DNA of 64,000 nucleotides from an uncultured Planctomycetales bacterium (GTDB lineage Bacteria; Omnitrophota; Gorgyraeia; Zapsychrales; Fredricksoniimonadaceae): NCBI GenBank assembly GCA_964520655.1, contig CAZFNI010000007.1:6398-70397 (forward strand), given 5' to 3'. Of this stretch, positions 45,324 to 53,627 are shown piece by piece (within the stretch, counting starts at the first letter, position 1; every line of letters starts with the position of its first letter). The translations under genes were made by a program, and so were the position numbers. The notes under the pieces were generated by a model. That model was not told the DNA's origin. It worked only from the letters and a program-made list of their open reading frames with translations, and did not search any database.

Positions 45324-47068
45324 CGGTTCTCGGGATCTTTCTGGTGCTGTTCATCCCTGACCCGTCGTCGACGGTGGCGCAGCTGTTCTTGGGCGACTAT
45401 TTCCATGACTGGGATGTGGTCTTCATGGGGCCGGTCTACGGATTGTTCTGCGATCTTGTTCCCAACATCGATGTCAATACGACCTATGGGTTTGGATTAA
45501 GTCTGCTCATCAAGTGGGGGATGCAGCTTTTGGGCGGATTTGATTATACGCATGCGCTTGTCGTATTAGTCTGGCTGGGAATTATTTATTTTGTCGCCTG
45601 GTATTTTTTGCTGCGCCGGCTGTTTGAGCATCGGCTGCTGGCCTTTATCGCCATTTTGCTTGGCATGCGTTTTCAGATGTTTGTTTCGATCCTGATCCCC
45701 ATCGTCTGGAACGATATCCAATGCTCAGTGCTGCGTTTTTATTTTGACGCGGCCTTTTTCTGGAGTTTATACCTGCATCAGAACAAAGGTGGTCAGCGTT
45801 ATCTTTGGCTCATGGGGTTATCTGCGGCGCTGGGGATCTTCCATATGCCGACCATGGGGATATTTTTAGCGATGACCATGGTCGTTTATCTGGCCTTCTT
45901 GACCCTTGATGGATATTTTAAGGAAGGGATGAAATCCTTGGGCTCAGCGGCCTCCAATGCCCGGCCTTTGATCTTTATCCCGGTCGTCGTCTTCATCTTG
46001 TATTATGCCATTGTTAGGGACCATATTTTCACCGGAACATTCTGGGCCAACACCGCCGGATTCGCGTCCTATTTTGCTAAAGGATTTTTCTATAGCCCGA
46101 TGCTTGACCCGCTTAAACGGGGCAATTATCTGATGGTCATCGGCGGGATCTTGATCCCGCTGTGGTATCTGTTCTGCCTGTTCTTTTTCGGCTGGCGCTA
46201 TCTTACCCCTGCCAGAAGATCCAGGGATATATGGATCGTTCTGCTGTCCGTGTATGGTCTGGGGATATTCACGTATTTTGTCGGGATGTCCCATAAATAT
46301 TCGACGGTGTCTCTGCCGGCGACATTTGTTTCCTTTCTTGTCCTTGATGAGATCTTGGCCCGCGCCTCGCGGCACTGGAAATTCCGGATCACGTGGACTT
46401 TGCTTGCGGTGAGTATTTATGCTCTTGCGGTCGAGCCTATGTTCAAGGCCTACCCCAACTGGCTTAATATTTCCCGCGATCCGGTCGTTGACGAGCGCGT
46501 GACCATGAAAACTCCCAATGGAAAACCGTATTTTCAGCAGCTGGCCATCGATTTCCCAGAGTGGATCAAGGTCCCCTTCAATTCGCTGGGGGAGACGGAT
46601 GAGAAGTTCAAATATGAGAAAGATTTCGTCAACAGCGACGCGTTAAAGTCCTATTACCGTCTGGAGACCGCGTTTGTCGAGGACGCGGGCTTGATCCGTC
46701 GTTTGACCAGCCCCGGCGACAGGGTGGCCTTATTATCCAGTTTTGAGGTGATGATCCTTTCTAAAGCACAGCGTAAACCACTGTTCTATTATTTCCCATT
46801 GCTTAATTCCCATCCCATGCGCATGCGAAATTTCGTGGTCACGACCATATTTAGCTACCCGCAATTGCGCCAGAGCATTGACCAGTTAAACGCGGCCATG
46901 CCGCCCTATATTTTTATGGAGAAGGTGTTCTTGACGGAGCAGGTCCACCCCTGGTATTTTGAACAATTCGAGGATTTGATCGCGCTGATCCGCTGGATCA
47001 AATATTATTATACGCCGGTCGAACAGGGCAAATACTTGGTGGCCATGAAAAGGAAGACCGATGGTTGA
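45302..47068 (+). CDS. Family C-4, C-terminal fragment (ATG at 45302, -1 frame relative to the upstream fragment; the ORF track shows a TTG start at 45284).
   Basis: FLGDYFHDWD, YGLGIFTYF, AYPNWLNISRDP, LSSFEVMILSKAQRKPLFYYFP ... YIFMEKVFL ... GKYLVAMKRK. Confidence 0.6.
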   Translation: MVWADLLAVLGIFLVLFIPDPSSTVAQLFLGDYFHDWDVVFMGPVYGLFCDLVPNIDVNTTYGFGLSLLIKWGMQLLGGFDYTHALVVLVWLGIIYFVAWYFLLRRLFEHRLLAFIAILLGMRFQMFVSILIPIVWNDIQCSVLRFYFDAAFFWSLYLHQNKGGQRYLWLMGLSAALGIFHMPTMGIFLAMTMVVYLAFLTLDGYFKEGMKSLGSAASNARPLIFIPVVVFILYYAIVRDHIFTGTFWANTAGFASYFAKGFFYSPMLDPLKRGNYLMVIGGILIPLWYLFCLFFFGWRYLTPARRSRDIWIVLLSVYGLGIFTYFVGMSHKYSTVSLPATFVSFLVLDEILARASRHWKFRITWTLLAVSIYALAVEPMFKAYPNWLNISRDPVVDERVTMKTPNGKPYFQQLAIDFPEWIKVPFNSLGETDEKFKYEKDFVNSDALKSYYRLETAFVEDAGLIRRLTSPGDRVALLSSFEVMILSKAQRKPLFYYFPLLNSHPMRMRNFVVTTIFSYPQLRQSIDQLNAAMPPYIFMEKVFLTEQVHPWYFEQFEDLIALIRWIKYYYTPVEQGKYLVAMKRKTDG

Positions 47069-48308
47069 ACGAAAGATCATCAGCATCATTACAGCCTTGG
47101 TACTCGTCGAGTCCTTGCAGGCGCTTGCGTTGATCGCGCATATTTATAGTTTTATCCCCATCTCCCTCAAAGGCCCGATCCTGCCAGGGCTTGAGCCGGA
47201 AAGGGAGAGTTTTCTCTACATCATTTTCCTGGCCATGGTTTTTGTGCTGACGATCGTGCTGACGGCGCTGTTATATAAGCCGCTTAAGTCCGCTGCTTTT
47301 CAACAGAGAGCATTGAAGTTCGTATATTTGGAAACGCTCTGGATGGGACTGATGCTGTTTGCCTTCTTTAAATGGGTAAGCTACCAGCATCCTTTCTATA
47401 ATATTCTGCCGCTGGAGAACGGACGATGGGTATATCCGTTCTTTTACGCAGTTGCCTTTTTAAGCTTTTTGACAAAGATATTCTGGGCGGAGATCGTCAG
47501 GTTTTGGGAGAGCTGGGAACAGGGGCGGGGCCGCAGACTGGTGACAAAAGAAAAACCATTGGCTGTTTATGCCGCCGGGATAATGTTTGCGGCCGCATTG
47601 TTGTACCCCAATGTGCCGCTTGCCTCGCAGGTCATTGCCTCCTGGAGCCGTTTTGCGCCATGGCAGAATTTCTGGCTGACGCGTTTTTTTCTTGAACGGG
47701 GATTCTCTCCTGAGGCGATCATTGCGTGTTTATACGGTCTTAATATGATCGTCCTGGGCGTGATCTTTGTCGGAGCGCATCGCTACTTGAAGAATTCCTG
47801 GCTGGCCTTTGGTGTCCTCATGCTGACGATCCAAATGACGTTTTTCCATTACGGCACATCACCGGTGTGCTGGAATGCTCCGCAGAATACGCTCATCAAT
47901 TTCGGCTGGGACTTTGGCTTTATGAAAGACGCCGCGCATTTGCCCATGTTCGCTGCCTTGCGTGTGCGCCAGTTTCTTTCATTCTTTATGGGATATGCCA
48001 TCGCGGTGTTGTATGTCTTCTCTATATTATATTGCTGGGGCAAAGATAGAATGGCGGTGATCTTAAGTGGCCTTGGCTTACTCTTATATACCCGCTATAT
48101 CGCCCATGCCGATGTATTTGCTTTTGGGGCGGCATCCTTCCCGGCAATGATCTTGTCTGCGCACTGGTTGAGAATTGTAATAAGGCGATTTTTTCCCAAA
48201 CAGGAAAATGCTGTTTATATCGCGCTTGCCGCAACGTCAGTTTTCATGCTGTTAACCAACCGGGTATTTGTGACCTACCCGCATTTTTGGATGAACAATG
48301 TTCCATAA
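47061..48308 (+). CDS. Family C-5: truncated paralog (415 aa). Membrane domain only, ending at the YP-x-[FW]-x-N boundary motif and lacking the C-terminal soluble domain.
   Basis: IFWAEIVRFW and LMLTIQMTFFHYGTSPVCWNAP (compare LVCFRLQMFHYGVSPLCWIYP in C-6). Ends ...TYPHFWMNNVP*. Confidence 0.55.
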   Translation: MVERKIISIITALVLVESLQALALIAHIYSFIPISLKGPILPGLEPERESFLYIIFLAMVFVLTIVLTALLYKPLKSAAFQQRALKFVYLETLWMGLMLFAFFKWVSYQHPFYNILPLENGRWVYPFFYAVAFLSFLTKIFWAEIVRFWESWEQGRGRRLVTKEKPLAVYAAGIMFAAALLYPNVPLASQVIASWSRFAPWQNFWLTRFFLERGFSPEAIIACLYGLNMIVLGVIFVGAHRYLKNSWLAFGVLMLTIQMTFFHYGTSPVCWNAPQNTLINFGWDFGFMKDAAHLPMFAALRVRQFLSFFMGYAIAVLYVFSILYCWGKDRMAVILSGLGLLLYTRYIAHADVFAFGAASFPAMILSAHWLRIVIRRFFPKQENAVYIALAATSVFMLLTNRVFVTYPHFWMNNVP

Positions 48309-50445
48309 AGAAGATCTTAAGATCAGCGTATTGAGTATCTGCAGCGCGATGCAAGTGGCCGTGCTCGTGGCCCAGGCACTGTCAGCGTTGAATGCGGCCT
48401 CTGGGGTTTATGACGGCATTGTCTATGTCGCTTTTTTGGTCAGTAGTGTCTTTGTGTTCGCTCTGTTAAAAAAGCAGCGGGACTTAGCTTGGAATGTGTG
48501 GATGGAAATGCTGGTGACGTTTCTGTTGCTAAGCGCTGTCTTTAAAAGCACCATCTATGACAATAGTCCGTTTCTGGCCAATGCCGCTGTGCTTTCGCTG
48601 CTTACGATCGCGGCTGCGATAAAAGTATTCTCGCTTGAGATATCGTCGGGATTGTTAAGGCTATCCGCGAAAGCGCGTGTAATGTCGTCATTTGGGCCGA
48701 TCGCTTCCTGTGCCGCCATCGCCGCATTGGTCTATGTGCCCAATCTAAATGCGGTGCTGGCGGAGGTCTTTATCGGCGAGCAGGCGCATCATTTGGACTT
48801 TTTTGTGATGTCTCCGGGATGGTCATGTTTTAACGGCGGTAAGCCCTACGTGGATGTGATCTCTCAATACGGGGTGGGCATACCGGTTATTTTTGCTAAC
48901 TTAAGCCGCATTCTTGGCGGGTTTGATTATTTGACCTTCCTTCAGGTGAACATGGCTTTCGGTATCTTGTATTTTATATTGTTCTTTTGGGTGACGCGCG
49001 CATGGCTTGGCAGCACGATGCTTGGGTTTGCCGCATTCCTGGTGTGTTTTCGTCTGCAAATGTTCCATTACGGGGTCAGCCCCCTGTGCTGGATCTATCC
49101 ATCCTCAACACCTATCCGTTTTGGGCTGGACATCCTCTGGTTGTGGCTGTTGTGGCGCCATCTGCAGACCGGCAGGGGGATCTTTCTGATCTTAGCCGCT
49201 TTGTACAGCGGGTTTGCTGTTTATTTCATGACATCGACGGGTATTTTTATCATGGTCACGTTCTACGCATATTTAGCAGGGCTGCTGGTACTGCAAGGAC
49301 TCCGCAAAGAAAAAATATTATCGCCCAGGCTTATGGCAGCGGCTGCTATCATCCCCGTGGTATCGGCCTTTGTATTCTTTTGGATCACCCTGGGTGGACA
49401 TGTTGTCAGTCAAACGTTCTGGCGGAATGTCGTCGAGTATATGTCATATTTCTCCAACGGACGCGGCGCTTTGCCTATCTTTGAAAGTTTGAAATACCGC
49501 AACTATTGGGTCGCGCTGATGGCTCTGGCTGTTCCTTTATTGTATGTGGCGACCGCCGTCAGCGTCGGGATCGCGTTATGGAAAGAAAAAGTCGATCGCA
49601 AATATTTGTTTGTTGTCACGATCGCGGTCTATGGGTTGGTCAATTATCAATATTTCGTTGTGCGTTCGGCGATGACCAGTTATTACAGCAATGCGGTGCC
49701 TTTCGTGCTACTGTGCGCGTTCTGGGCTGACATTGCCGTCAAACATTACATGCCGGCGAAAAAGGGGAAGATCTACGGACTGTGCGCCATTCTGGCCTTC
49801 TATGCACTGGCCACCAATCACAATTACATCAGCTATCCCAATCTGTTCAATTTCAGCCGTAACCCTTTGGTTGACATCACCGTGGCCCAGCGTTTCCCTG
49901 ACCGGCAGGGCTATTTCCATCATTTGGTCAAACATATCAAGGAAGAGGATAAGGTCGCCTTTAATGCGGCGGGCGACGGGGACGAGCATTTGATGACGGA
50001 GGATAGCTTTAAGACGGATAAGGAGTTGATCGATTTTGTTAAAAGCGAGAATGATTTCAGCCTCGATGCCGCGCTGATCGATTCTCTTGTGTCTTCCAAA
50101 GAACCCACGGCGGTCTTAAGCAGTTTTGAAACGAAGATCCTGATCCAGGCCAAGCGGGCGCCGTTCTTTTACCATACACCGCTTATCACCTCCCAGCCGA
50201 TGCGGGTGCGCTACTTTCCGGCGGATGCCGCGCACAGTCCAAGTTTTTTGGCAGACACACTGCGCCAGCTGGAGGATAAGAAACCGGCTTATGTATTTAT
50301 CGAGAATGTCTTTTTGCAGGAGATCATTCCGGCAAGCTACAGGGAGTCAAACGCAAATATATTGACAATCATCGCCTATATCAGGCAGAATTATACCCCT
50401 TTTAAGAGGGGACAGTATTTGACAGCAATGAAGAGACATGAATAA
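48298..50445 (+). CDS. Family C-6 paralog (715 aa), last gene of the long array.
   Basis: FIGEQAHHLDFF, YGLVNYQYF, SYPNLFNFSRNP, LSSFETKILIQAKRAPFFYHTP ... YVFIENVFL ... GQYLTAMKRH. Confidence 0.7.
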   Translation: MFHKEDLKISVLSICSAMQVAVLVAQALSALNAASGVYDGIVYVAFLVSSVFVFALLKKQRDLAWNVWMEMLVTFLLLSAVFKSTIYDNSPFLANAAVLSLLTIAAAIKVFSLEISSGLLRLSAKARVMSSFGPIASCAAIAALVYVPNLNAVLAEVFIGEQAHHLDFFVMSPGWSCFNGGKPYVDVISQYGVGIPVIFANLSRILGGFDYLTFLQVNMAFGILYFILFFWVTRAWLGSTMLGFAAFLVCFRLQMFHYGVSPLCWIYPSSTPIRFGLDILWLWLLWRHLQTGRGIFLILAALYSGFAVYFMTSTGIFIMVTFYAYLAGLLVLQGLRKEKILSPRLMAAAAIIPVVSAFVFFWITLGGHVVSQTFWRNVVEYMSYFSNGRGALPIFESLKYRNYWVALMALAVPLLYVATAVSVGIALWKEKVDRKYLFVVTIAVYGLVNYQYFVVRSAMTSYYSNAVPFVLLCAFWADIAVKHYMPAKKGKIYGLCAILAFYALATNHNYISYPNLFNFSRNPLVDITVAQRFPDRQGYFHHLVKHIKEEDKVAFNAAGDGDEHLMTEDSFKTDKELIDFVKSENDFSLDAALIDSLVSSKEPTAVLSSFETKILIQAKRAPFFYHTPLITSQPMRVRYFPADAAHSPSFLADTLRQLEDKKPAYVFIENVFLQEIIPASYRESNANILTIIAYIRQNYTPFKRGQYLTAMKRHE

Positions 50446-50451
50446 CAGCGA

Positions 50452-50493
50452 CTAAAGATAAGTGATAAGATCGATCTTATCGCTTATCTTTAG
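50452..50493 (+). terminator. Long near-perfect palindrome / hairpin (~19-bp stem, GATC-centred) 7 nt after the last gene of the array. Possible operon-end terminator or protein-binding palindrome, with no U-tract.
   Basis: CTAAAGATAAGTGATAAGATCGATCTTATCGCTTATCTTTAG: the arms are reverse complements with one T/C mismatch. It is followed by TCCACGC rather than a T-run. Confidence 0.4.
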
Positions 50494-50529
50494 TCCACGC
50501 ATTTATGCATAACGCATGAAAGGAAACGT

Positions 50530-50847
50530 ATGACCATTGATGAATTCAAGAAATTCGAATTGATCGTTGCTCAGATCAAGGAAGTCAAGGAACACCCCAA
50601 CGCGGACAGGCTCTACGTGCTGCAGGTCGACACGGGCAAAGATGTGCGCCAGATCGTCGCCGGGATACGCCGCGCCTATACGCCTGAGCAATTGATCGGC
50701 CGACGCATCGTGCTGATCGCTAACCTCGAGCCGGCGGTCATCCGCGGAGAGGCCTCCAACGGCATGCTTTTGGCTGCGTCCGATGAAACACAAATGGGAC
50801 TGCTGATGCCTGACAAAGATATCGCGCTGGGCAGTCCGGTAAAGTAA
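50530..50847 (+). CDS. csaA: tRNA-binding (OB-fold) domain protein, CsaA/Trbp111-like.
   Basis: 105 aa. FELIVAQIKEVKEHPNADRLYVLQVDTGKD ... SNGMLL is the classic MetG-C/CsaA tRNA-binding domain signature. RBS GAAAGGAAACGT precedes the ATG. Confidence 0.7.
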   Translation: MTIDEFKKFELIVAQIKEVKEHPNADRLYVLQVDTGKDVRQIVAGIRRAYTPEQLIGRRIVLIANLEPAVIRGEASNGMLLAASDETQMGLLMPDKDIALGSPVK

Positions 50848-50875
50848 CGTATAAGGGGGCGGTCACCTTTATCTA

Positions 50876-51598
50876 TTAGCTGCGGTATTGACCCTTAATG
50901 AGATTCCATTTGATGCGGACAAGGTCGCGCAGGGATGTCAGGGCGTCGCGCAGGGCTCGGACCTGGGAGCTGTTGTGATGGTTCCAGACAACCGGCAGCT
51001 CTCCAATCCTAAAATTTTTGGCTATGGCAATGCCGATAATTTCCGTGTCATAGGCCCACTGGTCGATCTCCTGACGGGAGAAGATGTCTTTTGAAGCGGC
51101 AGCGGTGAACATTTTAAATCCGCAGGTGAAATCCTGGATGTTACGCCCGACGCAGATCTTGGAAAGCAGCAGGAAGAATTTACCCAAAATTTCCCGGTGC
51201 AGCGGCTGTCGGATCTTTTGCGCATGAAAGTGTGATTTGCGTTCCCCAAGCAGAACGTCGTATTGTCCGGTGCGCATCGCCGCAAGAAAATCATCCACAG
51301 CATCCAGAGAGGTGGAGAGGTCGACGTCCATGAACAGATGGAAACGTCCTCGGGCTTGAAGCATCCCCAAACGTACGGCATGGCCTTTGCCGGCATTGCG
51401 TTCATAGCTTAAGATCTTAAACGTATCCGCCGGCAATTGGCGCATGCATTCTAAAGTATTGTCCCTCGAGCCGTCATTGACCAAAATGATCTCGTGGGTG
51501 ACCTTAAGCGATCTAAGCTTTTGTTGGATCAACAGCGCGTTGCGCTGGATGTCGGCGGCTTCATTGAATGCCGGCAGGATGACAGATAGTTCGATCAT
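50876..51598 (-). CDS. GT2 polyprenyl-phosphate sugar synthase (DPM1/GtrB/CsbB-like).
   Basis: SVILPAFNEA, VNDGSRD, RNAGKGHA, MDVDLS (DxD). 240 aa with no TM tail. This is the enzyme type that makes C55-P-sugar or Dol-P-sugar donors for GT-C transferases. Confidence 0.8.
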   Translation of the reverse strand: MIELSVILPAFNEAADIQRNALLIQQKLRSLKVTHEIILVNDGSRDNTLECMRQLPADTFKILSYERNAGKGHAVRLGMLQARGRFHLFMDVDLSTSLDAVDDFLAAMRTGQYDVLLGERKSHFHAQKIRQPLHREILGKFFLLLSKICVGRNIQDFTCGFKMFTAAASKDIFSRQEIDQWAYDTEIIGIAIAKNFRIGELPVVWNHHNSSQVRALRDALTSLRDLVRIKWNLIKGQYRS

Positions 51599-51617
51599 GG
51601 ATTATTTGGGTTTGTGC

Positions 51618-51646
51618 TGTATAATCAAATATTGACCGATTATACA
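51618..51646. promoter_or_regulatory. Face-to-face divergent extended -10 elements formed by an inverted repeat TGTATAAT-N13-ATTATACA, between the divergent genes 50876..51598 (-) and 51668..52156 (+).
   Basis: TGTATAAT (51618..51625) reads as an extended -10 on the + strand. Its inverted copy (51639..51646) reads TGTATAAT on the minus strand. Spacing to the two start codons is 34-43 nt. Confidence 0.45.
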
Positions 51647-51667
51647 TGAACCATTTCTGGAATACTA

Positions 51668-52156
51668 ATGAAAAGCAACGCAAGTCTTGAATTAAAGCAA
51701 TTTGTCCCATCTTCCGTCTGTTTACAATGCGAGGGTTGCTGCCGCTATGAATCAGCGGATTCCTTGTGGCGGCCTAAATGGGACAAGCGTGAATTCCTTG
51801 ACGACAATGATTACATCACCACCATTCAGGAGTGCGGCAAGCATTTGTGCCGTTTCCTAAATACAAAAGACAATACCTGCCGGGTCTATGCCGAACGCCC
51901 ATTTGAGTGCGCGTTATACCCGTTCGTGCTTTCTTTAAACAAAGGCAAGGTCGAAGTGCATTTGCACTTGGCTTGTCCCTATGTGCAGGACAATCAGGAC
52001 ACAGGGGCTATTGAGGGATATATCGATCATTTGAAACAGTTCTTCCAGAGCCCGGAATGCATCGCTTTTTTAAAACGTCAGCGCCATTTGATCCACGATT
52101 ACGCGCCGGTCGCGCTCGAGCTAAAGTATGTGTTTACAATACAAGCCGCTATTTGA
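51668..52156 (+). CDS. YkgJ-family (UPF0153) putative Fe-S / zinc-binding protein.
   Basis: The C-x-Q-C-x-G-CC-R cluster (CLQCEGCCRY) and a downstream C-x-x-Y ... C motif are typical of PF03692. Confidence 0.6.
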   Translation: MKSNASLELKQFVPSSVCLQCEGCCRYESADSLWRPKWDKREFLDDNDYITTIQECGKHLCRFLNTKDNTCRVYAERPFECALYPFVLSLNKGKVEVHLHLACPYVQDNQDTGAIEGYIDHLKQFFQSPECIAFLKRQRHLIHDYAPVALELKYVFTIQAAI

Positions 52157-53006
52157 CAGCTACGCCGCAAAGACAGCGTGCCCGCTATCGGTATATCATT
52201 TTTCCAGCCTTTATGCCTGGAGTGATCATTTCGATTTTCGTTTTGAGGAGATCCGCGGCCAGCTGTGTGTTTTTGCCTGTCAGGGCAAGGATAGCTTTTT
52301 ATATTTACCGCCGTTGGGAGAAAGCATAGACCCTGAAGTTTACCGAGAGTGTTTTAAGCGCATGGGCCGAAGACCAATCGCCCGTATTGAAAATATTGTC
52401 GATTATCAAATTGCGGCGCTTGAGGGCTCTGGTTATAATGCCTATCAGAAGTCCTATGAATATGTGTACCGCACAAAAGACATAGCGGACCTTTGCGGCA
52501 CGGCTTATAAATCCAAACGGCATGATGTGAATCTTGTTGGAAAGAGTCATCCCCAGGCGCGTTTTCGTGAATTTACGCGCGAGGATATCGCTGGCTGCAG
52601 GGGCCTGTATCAACGCTGGTCGGATAGCCGGAAGGCTAAGAACAGCGACGTCATTTACGTGCAGATGCTGGAAGAGAATGCGCTTGTGCACGCGAAATTG
52701 ATGGATAAAGCCGCCGAGCTGGGATTAGTCGGCCGGGTAGTGGATATTGACGGGAAGATCGCCGGGTACACTTTCGGCTATGTGCTGAATGACGATACGT
52801 TCTGTGTTGTCCTGGAGATCGCGGATAACGAAGTCGCAGGATTAGCCGCGTTCACATTTAACCATTTTTGCCGGGATAAAGCGGTCCGGGATCTTCCCTG
52901 GATCAATGCCATGGATGATTTCGGTATGCCCAATGTCGCCAAAGCCAAAGCATCTTATCATCCCGCGCGCACCATCGCGGTCTATAATATTAAGGAAAAC
53001 ACATGA
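52128..53006 (+). CDS. Hypothetical protein, possibly DUF2156-like (MprF C-terminal domain-like, GNAT-fold). Start uncertain; it overlaps the upstream gene by 29 nt.
   Basis: 292 aa soluble protein. Weak resemblance (FTFGYVLNDDTFCVVLEIAD) to aminoacyl-phosphatidylglycerol synthase C-domain-like proteins. The product call is low confidence. Confidence 0.35.
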   Translation: MCLQYKPLFDSYAAKTACPLSVYHFSSLYAWSDHFDFRFEEIRGQLCVFACQGKDSFLYLPPLGESIDPEVYRECFKRMGRRPIARIENIVDYQIAALEGSGYNAYQKSYEYVYRTKDIADLCGTAYKSKRHDVNLVGKSHPQARFREFTREDIAGCRGLYQRWSDSRKAKNSDVIYVQMLEENALVHAKLMDKAAELGLVGRVVDIDGKIAGYTFGYVLNDDTFCVVLEIADNEVAGLAAFTFNHFCRDKAVRDLPWINAMDDFGMPNVAKAKASYHPARTIAVYNIKENT

Positions 53007-53623
53007 ACATTAATGGATTAGAGATTGTGGTCTTTGACGTGGAAACAACCGGGCTGTCGCCGACAGACGGGGATCGTATCATCGAGATCGCGGCCATGAA
53101 GGTCAAGGATTTCAAGGTCACTGACCAGTTCTACTCCCTGATCAACCCAAAGCGTTTTCTGCCCGCTCAGGCCATGGCGGTCAACGGCATTACCGAGGAA
53201 ATGGTGGCGGACGCGCCGTTCTCCGAGGAGGTTATGCCCAAATTCATTGATTTTATCGGCGGCGCCTGTGTGGCCGGTCATAATGTGAAATTCGACCTGA
53301 ATTTTGTCTGTTTTGAACTCTCGCTGTTAAACCGTAAGTTGAAAGACCAGACCCCGGCGATCGATACGCTTAAAATGGCCCGGGAATTATTCCCCTATTT
53401 AAGTACATACAAACTGACCTATCTGGCGCGCGCGTTAGGGATTAGCGTCGACGGGGCTCACCGCGCCATGACGGACGTGGAAACAACGGTCAAGGTCATG
53501 CTGCGCATGATCGAGAAGGCGCAGACGCAGGACTTGGGGCAGATCCAGAAATTCCTGGCTCAGTTCGGCGTGGAAAAACCGGTGTTCAAAGCTGTCCGCA
53601 CCACGGAATCGTCGCTGTTCTAA
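53003..53623 (+). CDS. DnaQ-like 3'-5' exonuclease (DEDDh family, DNA polymerase III epsilon-like).
   Basis: Exo I motif VVFDVETTGL, plus downstream H-x-A-x-x-D (GAHRAMTDVETT). Confidence 0.75.
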   Translation: MNINGLEIVVFDVETTGLSPTDGDRIIEIAAMKVKDFKVTDQFYSLINPKRFLPAQAMAVNGITEEMVADAPFSEEVMPKFIDFIGGACVAGHNVKFDLNFVCFELSLLNRKLKDQTPAIDTLKMARELFPYLSTYKLTYLARALGISVDGAHRAMTDVETTVKVMLRMIEKAQTQDLGQIQKFLAQFGVEKPVFKAVRTTESSLF

Positions 53624-53627
53624 CGCT

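Noticed and set aside
533-50445. Looked for CRISPR arrays, tRNA/rRNA genes, IS elements, integrases and toxin-antitoxin pairs.
   Set aside because: No short direct repeats with unique spacers were found; the only tandem repeats are in-frame coding repeats at 4528..4881 and the protein-level repeats at 1424..2453. No tRNA-like cloverleaf regions were seen in the few intergenic gaps. No transposase, integrase or recombinase-like ORFs, and no terminal inverted repeats flanking any segment.
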